DNA from: a virus
Virus record (IMG/VR): IMGVR_UViG_3300011936_000008
Location: 1 to 48,568 of that record
Reading direction: 5' to 3' (one strand)
Length of the DNA stretch: 48,568 nucleotides
The position numbers and the translations under genes are program-made. Under the pieces are notes generated by a model. The model ran no database searches and was not told the origin of the DNA. It saw only the letters and a program-made list of their open reading frames with translations. Shown here piece after piece: positions 1-7,753 of the stretch (position 1 is its first letter; each line of letters begins with the position of its first letter).

Positions 1-61
1 TAAGGCAGAAGAGCCTAAGGCAGAAGAGCCTAAGGCAGAAGAGCCTAAGGCAGAAGAGCCT
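1..61 (+). repeat. 15-bp tandem repeat TAAGGCAGAAGAGCC (4 copies here, 5 copies at 48492-48566); coding, not CRISPR
   Basis: Perfect tandem copies at both window ends; each unit encodes K-A-E-E-P in the frame of the flanking ORF. Indicates a circular or terminally redundant assembly. Confidence 0.8.
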
Positions 62-280
62 AAGAAGGCCGACCTGCTGGCAATCAAGGAAATCGGGCAG
101 AAGATTATGGCGTACAAGGGCGAAAACCCTTGGGTCGAGGAAGAGTGCGCTAAGGCTATGGGGGGTAAGGTTCTTGCGACTCTTCGAGAGAGCGAGATAC
201 AGCCCGCGTATGATGCCTTGGTTAAAATCCTCAACAAGCTAGAAGGCAATGAAGAGCCTACCGGCGGCCTGTTCGCATAA
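2..280 (+). CDS. 3' part of a (KAEEP)n pentapeptide-repeat protein; continuation of the CDS that starts at 48264 (frame continuous across the window junction)
   Basis: Reading from position 2 gives KAEEP x4 then KKADLLAIKEIGQKIMAYKGENPWVEEECAKAMGGKVLATLRESEIQPAYDALVKILNKLEGNEEPTGGLFA, stop TAA at 278-280. The same 15-bp unit TAAGGCAGAAGAGCC closes the window at 48492-48568 in the same frame. Confidence 0.55.
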   Translation, partial: KAEEPKAEEPKAEEPKAEEPKKADLLAIKEIGQKIMAYKGENPWVEEECAKAMGGKVLATLRESEIQPAYDALVKILNKLEGNEEPTGGLFA

Positions 281-283
281 GAC

Positions 284-1063
284 ATGCCAGAGGTACACGC
301 TAAACTCTCGCCGAGCTCAGGTGAGCGGTGGATAAACTGCACTAAGAGTTTCAGTCTCATAGACTCTCTTGACTTGCCGGAGCCGAAGACCTCTCTAGCC
401 GCCGAGGAAGGTACCTTAGCCCATTCCGTCCTAGAGAATGAAGCTAGGTACCGCCTTGGATGGTATGGCAACGAGGAATACAAGGCGCGGCGTGCAGAGC
501 TTATCCAGGAATCGCGGGGACTTCTTGGCAAGAATGTCTATAACGAGATGCTGGAATACGCACAACAACATCTCGATTTGATATTCCACCTGACCCGGCG
601 AGAGTTTTTGAAAACAGAATATGAAGGCTTGGTGTGGCTGGAGACGCGGGTATATCCAGGTATCGAAGGATGCTTCGGTACAGCGGATACTATCGTAGCC
701 CTTGAAGACGAGCTGCATGTTATCGACTTCAAGTACGGGCGTGGCGTGCCGGTATCCCCCGTTGATAACACTCAGTTGAAGCTCTACGGCTTGGGCGCTT
801 ACGAAGCGCTCAAGATGTTCTGGGACTTCAAGACGGTCACACTGCATATCGTCCAGCCACGAATACACAACGTAGATTCGTGGGAAGTAAACTTAGAAGA
901 CTTGCTGGCGTGGCGAGAGGATGTCGTCAAGCCTGCTGTTGAAGACATACACAACGGTACCGGGGTTTTTGCCCCGAGTGAGAAGGCTTGCATGTGGTGC
1001 CCCGCCAAGGCGTTCTGCACCGCAAGAGCAAGAAATGTGTGGGAAGGCGTGAGAATCGCATGA
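284..1063 (+). CDS. Cas4-like PD-(D/E)XK exonuclease (DUF2800-type phage nuclease) with a 4-Cys Fe-S cluster signature
   Basis: N-terminal Cys in ERWINCTKS plus C-terminal C-x2-C-x5-C (CMWCPAKAFC) is the Cas4/AddB-type 4Fe-4S arrangement. RecB-like nuclease motifs TADTIV and EDELHVIDFKYG (D...E/D-x-K). Sits in a replication module with PolA. Confidence 0.72.
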   Translation: MPEVHAKLSPSSGERWINCTKSFSLIDSLDLPEPKTSLAAEEGTLAHSVLENEARYRLGWYGNEEYKARRAELIQESRGLLGKNVYNEMLEYAQQHLDLIFHLTRREFLKTEYEGLVWLETRVYPGIEGCFGTADTIVALEDELHVIDFKYGRGVPVSPVDNTQLKLYGLGAYEALKMFWDFKTVTLHIVQPRIHNVDSWEVNLEDLLAWREDVVKPAVEDIHNGTGVFAPSEKACMWCPAKAFCTARARNVWEGVRIA

Positions 1064-1509
1064 GTAATTTTGACTTCCTTGACGCGGGTATCGAGTACAT
1101 GACCCTGGAGGACATGGTATCGGTAGCCCTGCGGGCCGGGGACATTCGTAAGTGGCTCAAGGACATAGAGGAAACTCTTATAGACCTAGCTTACGAGAAG
1201 GGCGCGAACGTACCCGGCTTGAAGGTGGTTCGCGGCTCCGGCCGGCGAAGCATCAAAGACGCGGATGCGTTCTTGAAAGCCCTGGAAGATGGAGGATTCG
1301 TCATTGATGGGTTATCCTCTGTCACGACAAAACTAGCCAGCATCTCCACCATAGAGCGCAAGCTCAAGGTGAAGCTGGAGGACTCACCTGGTAGCGAGTT
1401 TGTCACCAAGAGCCCCGGCTCGCTGATGCTAGTTCCCGAAGCCGACCCACGAAAGGGGGTGAGTAAAGCTGACGAATCAGCGAACGCTTACTCAGAACTG
1501 TTTCAATGA
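1060..1509 (+). CDS. Hypothetical protein (149 aa), translationally coupled to the nuclease gene
   Basis: ATGA start/stop overlap with the upstream gene at 1060-1063; ORF open to 1509. No recognisable motif. Confidence 0.5.
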   Translation: MSNFDFLDAGIEYMTLEDMVSVALRAGDIRKWLKDIEETLIDLAYEKGANVPGLKVVRGSGRRSIKDADAFLKALEDGGFVIDGLSSVTTKLASISTIERKLKVKLEDSPGSEFVTKSPGSLMLVPEADPRKGVSKADESANAYSELFQ

Positions 1510-1549
1510 GGTGTATGTGAATCCCTATGTTTGGGGAAAGCAGAAACTC

Positions 1550-1804
1550 ATGAAGGACACCGGCTCGCACCGGAAATTATCAAAACGATTAGGGTTCTCC
1601 TACGAAGGGGCTGTGCAACAGTTCGTATCGGGCTATCGCCCAGTGAACGCGCAGCTACTCTTCGGGCTCCAAGCCTTGGGGGTTACCGGACGGGTAACCT
1701 TTGTACCTCCAGGATTGGCGAAGCGGGACGAATACCTGCGTAACTCAGATGCACTGTTCTACGCAGTGCACCCGAAACTGAAACAACTGAAAGAAAAGGA
1801 ATAA
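1550..1804 (+). CDS. Small XRE-family helix-turn-helix transcriptional regulator (Cro/CI-like). Start uncertain (GTG 1511 or ATG 1550).
   Basis: LSKRLGFSYEGAVQQFVSGYRPVNAQLLFGLQALGV fits the HTH_XRE pattern (helix - G-hydrophobic-S - helix - E.G .. P). Small size. Sits inside the replication module. Confidence 0.55.
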   Translation: MKDTGSHRKLSKRLGFSYEGAVQQFVSGYRPVNAQLLFGLQALGVTGRVTFVPPGLAKRDEYLRNSDALFYAVHPKLKQLKEKE

Positions 1805-1809
1805 CTGTA

Positions 1810-2592
1810 ATGGCTGTAACTCTTGGTAAAGTACGACTCTCCTACGTCACTCTGGTGGACGCTAAGGACTCGACGGACGTAGAGCACCCGAAGTTCGCTT
1901 CGCTGGACCAGCTTCGTGAGATGCTGGAGGATAGTAACCGCGCCGGGGAAGTAGACGACTACAAGTTCTCCGTGAACGTCATCTTGCCTAAGGATGCTAA
2001 GGTACCCGGCACAAATGAACTTGTTATTGACCGCCTAGAGAAGTCTGTCATGGATGCTATTGACTACGCGGCGTCAGACCGTAGCAAGACTAAGCTACCC
2101 ACCAAGTACGTACCCACTCTCAAGAAGCTGTGGAAGGACTCGGGCGCTATGCTCACCGAGACTCAGAACATCCTCAAGACGGTGGTACGAGACGGTGATA
2201 CGGACGCTCGCGCAGAGGATAAGCCGTACCTGCACGGTGCGCACAACTTCACCGCAGACCAGCGGGCGTACCGACGTAACCAGCTCGCGCCCATTCCGGT
2301 ATACGCACCTGGTGCAGGCCGTCCGGTTGAGCTTGACCCAAATGAGGTTCACTCAGGCGATTACGGTTTCGTGAGCGTCACGCCGTATGTGTACCGGTTC
2401 GGCAAAGCCTACGGCATCAAGTTCTTCTTGGAGTCCGTGCTCAAGACGGAAGACGGCGAGCGCCTGGATGGCACCGTATCCGCCGAGTCTGCATTCGGGG
2501 ATGTGCTGGAAGCCTACGCAGAGCAGAGCCAAGACGTGTTTGGCGAGGTGGCTTCCCAGGAAGCTGAGTCCAGCAAGTCCATGTTTGGTTAA
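1810..2592 (+). CDS. Putative ssDNA-binding / DUF2815-like replication accessory protein (assignment tentative)
   Basis: Good RBS (AAAGGAA 8 nt before the ATG). N-terminal GKVRLSYVTL beta-strand motif and an acidic Ser/Glu-rich C-terminal tail. Position between the Cas4-like nuclease and PolA matches the usual DUF2800-DUF2815-PolA cassette order. Recalled from memory, not searched. Confidence 0.35.
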   Translation: MAVTLGKVRLSYVTLVDAKDSTDVEHPKFASLDQLREMLEDSNRAGEVDDYKFSVNVILPKDAKVPGTNELVIDRLEKSVMDAIDYAASDRSKTKLPTKYVPTLKKLWKDSGAMLTETQNILKTVVRDGDTDARAEDKPYLHGAHNFTADQRAYRRNQLAPIPVYAPGAGRPVELDPNEVHSGDYGFVSVTPYVYRFGKAYGIKFFLESVLKTEDGERLDGTVSAESAFGDVLEAYAEQSQDVFGEVASQEAESSKSMFG

Positions 2593-2605
2593 TATTGGGT
2601 AGCTA

Positions 2606-2645
2606 AAACCCCGGCAAGAGAATATTCTCTCGCCGGGGTTTTCCT
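2606..2645 (+). terminator. Rho-independent terminator between the SSB-like gene and the polymerase gene
   Basis: 13-bp stem CCCCGGCAAGAGA / TCTCTCGCCGGGG (one mismatch) around loop ATAT, followed by TTTT. Confidence 0.7.
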
Positions 2646-2669
2646 GAATTGGAAACGGAAACCAAAACG

Positions 2670-4649
2670 ATGCAGAAGAAATTATACATAGACTTCGAAA
2701 CATTCTCGGATGTAGACCTGAAAGCACGAGGTGCATACAACTACATGCGCGGCGCTTTCTGGGAAGCACTTATCTGTACCTACCGATGGGGCGAAGACGG
2801 GGAAACTCAGATACTCCAGGGTATGGACGAGATTATGCCTTTCGTTCGGGAAACGCATGATGATGAAGATGTAGTGTTCATAGCCCACAACGCCAGCTTC
2901 GAGCGCCTGGTGTACACCACCATCAACGATTACCATATAGGCGAGTTTATGCCACCTGAACGGTTCATAGACACTATGGCAATGGCGCGCTGTTTAGGCT
3001 TCCCTGGAGGTCTGGGAAACCTGGCAAAAGCCCTGGGGGTGGAAGAGAAAGACTCTGCTGGTACTCGGCTCATCAATATGTTCTGCGTACCAGACAAACG
3101 AGGACACTGGCACACGCCGCAGACCCGCCCTACGGACTGGAAGCGGTTCTGCGACTACGCGGTGCAGGACGTGGATACTCTGGTAGCTGTGCACAAGGCT
3201 ATGGAAGAGCGATACGGCGGCTTCCCTCCAGGTGAGCAACAGGTATGGTATGTAGACCAGCGCATCAACGACAGGGGCATCCTAGCCGACGTGAAGCTGG
3301 CACGCCGGGGTATTGAGATAGCAGAAGACATCAAGAATGGTTCTCTGCGAAGTATTGAGCTGTATACGAAGCTGGAGAACGGACGCTCTCAGAAGCAATT
3401 CTTTGGGTGGGTTGCGGACCAACTGTTACGGGGCGGAATCATCACGCAAGTTGAGGAAGGCGTGTACATATTCCCAGACACCGGTGAGCCATTCGACACC
3501 ATAGATAAGAATATGGTGAGTTACCTGCTTGAGCGCGACGACATCTCGATAGCGTTGCGAGAAGTGCTCAACCTTCGCGCCATGTCTAACGCGGCTTCGG
3601 TGGCTAAGTTCAACGCATACCTGAGGCTCGCTGACCCGTTCGGGCACCGGGTGCGAGGGGCAATGCAGTTCTTCGGTGCGCACACAGGCCGGTGGGCAGG
3701 GCGTGGTGTTCAGTTCCAGAACCTCCCCCGGAATACAGCCGGCGGGGAAGAAGAAACGGAAGCCTTAGTAGCAAGGGCTATGTCGAACGATGGGGATGAC
3801 ATGACCTTGGATGACTTGAAGCCCCTGATTAGGGCTTGCGTGACGGCGCCAGAAGGTAAAGAGCTTACCGTGTGTGATTACTCTGCAATTGAGGCCCGTG
3901 TTATTGCCTGGCTTGCTGGGGAAGAGTGGGTACTCGAAGCGTTCCGTGAAGGGCGGGACATCTACGTGGAGACCGCGAGCCGTATGTTCCATGTCCCTTA
4001 CGAGGAAGCTAAAGCCCTACGCAGTAAGGGCAAGGTCGCTGTTCTCGCTTTGGGCTATAACGGCGGCGTGAATGCCCTACGCGTAATGGGTGGCGAGGGA
4101 ACGGACGAAGAGCTTCAAGAGCTTGTCTGGGCTTGGCGTGCGGCTAACCCGAACATTGCTAGGTTCTGGAAAGACCTTGAGAGCGCTTTCCGTCTTGGTT
4201 ATGGGAAGGTTGGTCAGTTCCTTGAGGTGCAGTCCGGGGCTAACAACGCGCGCCGGATAGTCTTACCCTCTGGCCGGGCTGTGTATTATCACGAAGTACA
4301 TACGCGGCCAATGATGAAGTTCGGTAAGGTCTTCCAAGTCCTGCACTTCAAAGACCCGAAGAACATTTCAGGTAGTGCATGGCTCACGACCTATGGAGGG
4401 AAGCTCTCGGAGAATGTGACCCAAGCCGTGGCGCGGGATGTTCTAGCGAACGCTCTTATCAACCTGGAAGAGAACGGCGCGGAGGTTGTTGCTCACGTCC
4501 ATGACGAGGTTATCTGCCAGTCCGGGCTATCTGTTGATAGGGTAGCGGAGCTGATGGGTATCAGTGGCTCTCCATACTTCCCGGCATGGGCCAAAGGGTT
4601 GCCCCTAGCGGCGGCAGGGTATAACTGCAAACGGTACCGGAAAGAGTAA
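2670..4649 (+). CDS. Family A DNA polymerase (Pol I-like) with N-terminal 3'-5' proofreading exonuclease; no 5'-3' exonuclease domain
   Basis: Exo I YIDFETFSD, Exo II HNASFE, Exo III YAVQD; polymerase motif A DYSAIEARV and motif C HVHDEV. The ORF opens at TTG 2649; ATG 2670 preferred. Confidence 0.9.
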   Translation: MQKKLYIDFETFSDVDLKARGAYNYMRGAFWEALICTYRWGEDGETQILQGMDEIMPFVRETHDDEDVVFIAHNASFERLVYTTINDYHIGEFMPPERFIDTMAMARCLGFPGGLGNLAKALGVEEKDSAGTRLINMFCVPDKRGHWHTPQTRPTDWKRFCDYAVQDVDTLVAVHKAMEERYGGFPPGEQQVWYVDQRINDRGILADVKLARRGIEIAEDIKNGSLRSIELYTKLENGRSQKQFFGWVADQLLRGGIITQVEEGVYIFPDTGEPFDTIDKNMVSYLLERDDISIALREVLNLRAMSNAASVAKFNAYLRLADPFGHRVRGAMQFFGAHTGRWAGRGVQFQNLPRNTAGGEEETEALVARAMSNDGDDMTLDDLKPLIRACVTAPEGKELTVCDYSAIEARVIAWLAGEEWVLEAFREGRDIYVETASRMFHVPYEEAKALRSKGKVAVLALGYNGGVNALRVMGGEGTDEELQELVWAWRAANPNIARFWKDLESAFRLGYGKVGQFLEVQSGANNARRIVLPSGRAVYYHEVHTRPMMKFGKVFQVLHFKDPKNISGSAWLTTYGGKLSENVTQAVARDVLANALINLEENGAEVVAHVHDEVICQSGLSVDRVAELMGISGSPYFPAWAKGLPLAAAGYNCKRYRKE

Positions 4650-4666
4650 GATACATCATACTGAAC

Positions 4667-4710
4667 ATGCGCACACGCGGTTGCAATTAGTGACCGCGTG
4701 TGCGTATACT
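4667..4710 (+). promoter_or_regulatory. Sigma70-like promoter (TTGCAA -18 nt- TATACT) overlapped by a 15-bp inverted-repeat operator ATGCGCACACGCGGT / ACCGCGTGTGCGTAT
   Basis: Inverted-repeat arms 4667-4681 and 4693-4707 (13/15 match) around an 11-bp spacer; -35 at 4681-4686, -10 at 4705-4710. The same half-site occurs in the promoter at 48182-48211. Confidence 0.5.
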
Positions 4711-4756
4711 ATAGGTACATCAAATAGAAACGGAGGGTCCAGCGAGGGGCATTTTT

Positions 4757-4927
4757 ATGAACCGCCGAGATTCGGTGGACTGGTTCAACCAGCAACAGCA
4801 GGTGAACCAGCAGACCAACCTGCAACAGATGGTCTACGAGCAATCACAGCTGATAAGCGCACTTATAGAAGAAGTAAAACTCTTGCGCGATGCATTGGTA
4901 GAAAGCAATATGCGAGGTGATAAGTAG
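4757..4927 (+). CDS. Small Gln/Asn-rich coiled-coil protein (56 aa), hypothetical
   Basis: ATG 4757 to TAG 4925-4927: MNRRDSVDWFNQQQQVNQQTNLQQMVYEQSQLISALIEEVKLLRDALVESNMRGDK. Downstream of the operator-bearing promoter. The tool ORF 4681..4920 is in another frame and starts inside the promoter, so it was not used. Confidence 0.35.
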   Translation: MNRRDSVDWFNQQQQVNQQTNLQQMVYEQSQLISALIEEVKLLRDALVESNMRGDK

Positions 4928-4928
4928 C

Positions 4929-5486
4929 ATGTACGTAGTACCGAAGGTACCGCTCAAGTACGTCTTGCCGGGGGTTATGGCCTTTGTGGTCAACGATGAT
5001 TTCGGCCAACGCATGTACGACGTTCTAGACCTGCAACACCCGGAATGGATTACAGAAGTCCTCAGGACGGAAGATGTTCATATCGACGATATGTTAGAGG
5101 ATATGTACGGCTCCGCACGCGAAGGCAAACTCAACATTCTAGAGACAGATGGTGAAGTGAGCGTACTGCTGTACGACGGTGAACGCCCGCACACCTTCAA
5201 GCCGCTGTGGGTTACACGAGATGACCTTAGGCTCAAGATTGAAGCCGTTATGTACTCAGTACCAGAAGGTAGCGTTATCCATGAAGGGGCGAGAACTTTC
5301 CTGGAGAGGGTCGAAGACCTACCGCGTTACATGTACAAGGACAACGAGTCCCTGGTAGATGCGTACTTGGAGAGCGGACTACTGATTGACACTTCAATCC
5401 CAGCCAAAGGCGGAACCGATTACATAGCACGGCTCGAACTGCAAGAATTTCTATCCGTAGATTTGAAAGGCCGAATCAATGACTAA
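4929..5486 (+). CDS. Hypothetical protein (185 aa)
   Basis: GAGGTGA RBS 9 nt before ATG 4929; ORF open to 5486. No recognised motif. Confidence 0.55.
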   Translation: MYVVPKVPLKYVLPGVMAFVVNDDFGQRMYDVLDLQHPEWITEVLRTEDVHIDDMLEDMYGSAREGKLNILETDGEVSVLLYDGERPHTFKPLWVTRDDLRLKIEAVMYSVPEGSVIHEGARTFLERVEDLPRYMYKDNESLVDAYLESGLLIDTSIPAKGGTDYIARLELQEFLSVDLKGRIND

Positions 5487-5973
5487 CACACCGGGACACT
5501 ACGAAGCTCAGAACGGGGTAGACCCGACCGCCGTAGTAGATGATATTGGCTTCTGGGCACGGCTCGCGTTCAAATACATCTGGCGAGCGCAGATGAAAGA
5601 CGGCGTGCGGGACATAGATAAAGCCCTGGATACCTTAGAGCGTATCTACAAGACCGAGCCAGAATGGTTCTTGCCACGTACCCGCAAGACCGACATAAAC
5701 GTGAAGGGTAATCAAGACCTGTACCGATGCGCCTGGCCGGGTGCTTTCTCGCCCCTGGCACGTGACCGCGCTTTGGCGTTCTACGCACGGGTAATGCTGG
5801 GCGAAACACGCATCATCGAACGACAGGCTGGGCAGGTGATGGGTGTTGCTACCCCGGCACGTCTGAGCAAGCACATCTATGTCACCCTGCAAGAGCTGTT
5901 GAAGTCTTACCGCGCGGAGATTTTGGCGCTGGAAGAAGCTAAGAATATGAAAGGGTTTGCTCTCGATGTCTAA
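5479..5973 (+). CDS. DUF3310-like phage protein with a C-terminal extension
   Basis: N-terminal PGHYEAQNGVDPTAVVDDIGFWARLAFKYIWRAQMKDGVRDIDKALDTLERIYK resembles the conserved core of the phage DUF3310 family (HY ... NxxKY..R ... DL.KA..Y). Recalled pattern, not searched. Confidence 0.45.
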   Translation: MTNTPGHYEAQNGVDPTAVVDDIGFWARLAFKYIWRAQMKDGVRDIDKALDTLERIYKTEPEWFLPRTRKTDINVKGNQDLYRCAWPGAFSPLARDRALAFYARVMLGETRIIERQAGQVMGVATPARLSKHIYVTLQELLKSYRAEILALEEAKNMKGFALDV

Positions 5974-6634
5974 TTTACGTCGATTGTATAAGAGTGTAAA
6001 AGATTTATCTGCGTCTGTGGGTGTTCTACCACCAGCTGTTTTGTTCACGTTAGATATATGGGCAAACGAGATGTCTTTTACTGACATGTACAAGGTCATG
6101 CCTTTATCCTTGCGGAAGCGTATGCATAAGCCTCGGGAATTTAACAAGGAGAAATGGAAAGAGTTTTTCGATAAACCTTTGTTTGACCCTAAAACATACG
6201 AAACTTTCTTTGATGCGCTGGGTTATCCTCAGGCAGATATTGCTCTTACATTGCCTGGATATGAAGGCGATATTTTAGTGCTAGTTTCGCCTTACGGCAA
6301 AGAACACATTCATGCCAAGAAGGTGTATCGAACGATGCGAGAGATAGAAGCCAGGTACCGTCCCGCAGCGCTAGCAACCGGTAAAGAAGACCATTATATA
6401 GACCATGTTTTAAGTTTCTATAAGGGCTTGTCTAGCCCTTGGGGAGAGATGGATACTAGTTCTGGTAGTCGGTATATACTAGCCACCAAGGACAACATAG
6501 AAAGCCTTGTAGGTCTGTCAGATAGTATAGCTACATTCGGTCGCCATTTCGTTGATGAAAACTTTGTTCAGTATATGCTGAGGGTTACCGAAAACATCAT
6601 AGACGATTTAGAGAAAGTGAAACTGCCGCAATGA
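5966..6634 (+). CDS. Hypothetical protein (222 aa) in an AT-rich island; moron-like
   Basis: Long open frame despite roughly 40 percent GC against roughly 58 percent flanks. ATG 5966 (the ORF also opens at TTG 5957). No recognised motif. Confidence 0.5.
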   Translation: MSNLRRLYKSVKDLSASVGVLPPAVLFTLDIWANEMSFTDMYKVMPLSLRKRMHKPREFNKEKWKEFFDKPLFDPKTYETFFDALGYPQADIALTLPGYEGDILVLVSPYGKEHIHAKKVYRTMREIEARYRPAALATGKEDHYIDHVLSFYKGLSSPWGEMDTSSGSRYILATKDNIESLVGLSDSIATFGRHFVDENFVQYMLRVTENIIDDLEKVKLPQ

Positions 6635-6906
6635 TTATCAAGACCCTCGGCAAGCCAGGGCATGTCATTATCGGGGACCGTAAAGGCATGGACTGCGAAT
6701 CTATGAACGCGGTGCACACTCTTGAGCGGTTATCTGAAAAGTTCCCTCGAGAGTACAAGTACGACCGGTTTCACGCAAAGATAGCGGCGTTGAAATTCCG
6801 TTATGTAGTGCTTGAGTCTCATGGGGAATTGATTCCTCCCGACACGCTGGATAAAGACCTTAAAGCATTAGCTAGGATTGCAGAGTATTGTATTAACAAC
6901 GGGTAG
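6631..6906 (+). CDS. Hypothetical protein (91 aa), second gene of the AT-rich island
   Basis: ATGA overlap with the upstream gene; ORF ends just before the bidirectional hairpin. Confidence 0.45.
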   Translation: MIIKTLGKPGHVIIGDRKGMDCESMNAVHTLERLSEKFPREYKYDRFHAKIAALKFRYVVLESHGELIPPDTLDKDLKALARIAEYCINNG

Positions 6907-6912
6907 ACACAA

Positions 6913-6945
6913 CCCCGGCAAGGAAGATGAACTCTCTTGCCGGGG
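6913..6945. terminator. Bidirectional hairpin terminator between the convergent replication module and lysis cassette
   Basis: CCCCGGCAAG ... CTTGCCGGGG 10-bp stem around a 13-nt loop. Confidence 0.55.
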
Positions 6946-6957
6946 TTGCGCTTTGTA

Positions 6958-7251
6958 TTACTGATTCAGGTACTCGTCAGAAGCGTAGTACGAGGAATCA
7001 GCGGCGTGCTCAGCCGGAGCCGCCGAGGAATCCTGGGGCTCAACCGTCTTAGAGGGCTGTTCCTTGTACTGAGTGGGGCTTACGTTAATAAGCGCCAGCA
7101 CAGCACCGATAACGCCGGTAACGCCAGCAGAGATGTGTGCCCACTGCTCAGCATTCACGGCGCCGAAAGCGGTGAGTCCGATACCTGCAAGAGCTACTAA
7201 GCCGTATACAATCTTTCGTACAGCGGCCCACTGCTCAGTTGTCAGTGACAT
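6958..7251 (-). CDS. Putative holin (small membrane protein, 2 predicted TM segments, hydrophilic acidic C-terminus)
   Basis: IVYGLVALAGIGLTAFGAV and VTGVIGAVLALINV hydrophobic stretches; lies directly downstream of the endolysin; RBS AGGAA before the ATG. Confidence 0.55.
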   Translation of the reverse strand: MSLTTEQWAAVRKIVYGLVALAGIGLTAFGAVNAEQWAHISAGVTGVIGAVLALINVSPTQYKEQPSKTVEPQDSSAAPAEHAADSSYYASDEYLNQ

Positions 7252-7744
7252 GTAAATTCCTATCGTTCAGGACTACGGTATCCACAACCCGGTCTAGCCG
7301 GGTCTGGGTGTGCCGGTTGTCGGCGCGTAGTCCGCCTATATCTTTCTTTAGCTCGGATTGGTCGTCCAAGCTTCGGGTAAGCACATCTTCCATATCGCGC
7401 TGTTTCTTTCCTTGGGCGGCTTGCTCGTGTTGGAGGTTGTCTAGCCGATTGCGGATTTCAAGCATTGCGGTATTCGAGTCGCACATACCCTTCTCTATTG
7501 CAGAGAGCTTGTCCCGTATAATATCCAGGTCATCCCTGAGGTTAGTGCCGTGGTCATTCTTGACCTGATGTTTAGCTTCGCGCGCATCATTCCCGACAAT
7601 ATGGACTGCATGTTGCAGGTCTTCAATCTTGCTGGAGATTACTTTGCTCACACGTATCCCAACTAGAACAGCGATAATTAGGCACACTAGGATAATCACG
7701 AATGCGTCCACCTCAGGGTCGCCGGTCTTAGGTATTTCAACCAC
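7235..7744 (-). CDS. Membrane-anchored coiled-coil protein (one N-terminal TM), lysis-associated (second holin or lysis accessory)
   Basis: DAFVIILVCLIIAVLVGI TM segment followed by a long charged heptad-like region; between endolysin and holin. GTG start. Confidence 0.45.
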   Translation of the reverse strand: MVEIPKTGDPEVDAFVIILVCLIIAVLVGIRVSKVISSKIEDLQHAVHIVGNDAREAKHQVKNDHGTNLRDDLDIIRDKLSAIEKGMCDSNTAMLEIRNRLDNLQHEQAAQGKKQRDMEDVLTRSLDDQSELKKDIGGLRADNRHTQTRLDRVVDTVVLNDRNLHVTDN

Positions 7745-7753
7745 GTCCCGACC

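Noticed and set aside
988-1059. The 988 GTG start for the second gene, overlapping the nuclease gene by 75 nt
   Set aside because: An in-frame ATG at 1060 forms a typical ATGA stop/start coupling with the upstream gene; the long overlap is unnecessary.
4681-4920. Tool ORF 4681..4920 (+, 79 aa)
   Set aside because: Starts at the TTG that is the promoter -35 hexamer and runs through the operator. The alternative frame 4757..4927 has an ATG and coiled-coil-like sequence and was preferred, itself at low confidence.
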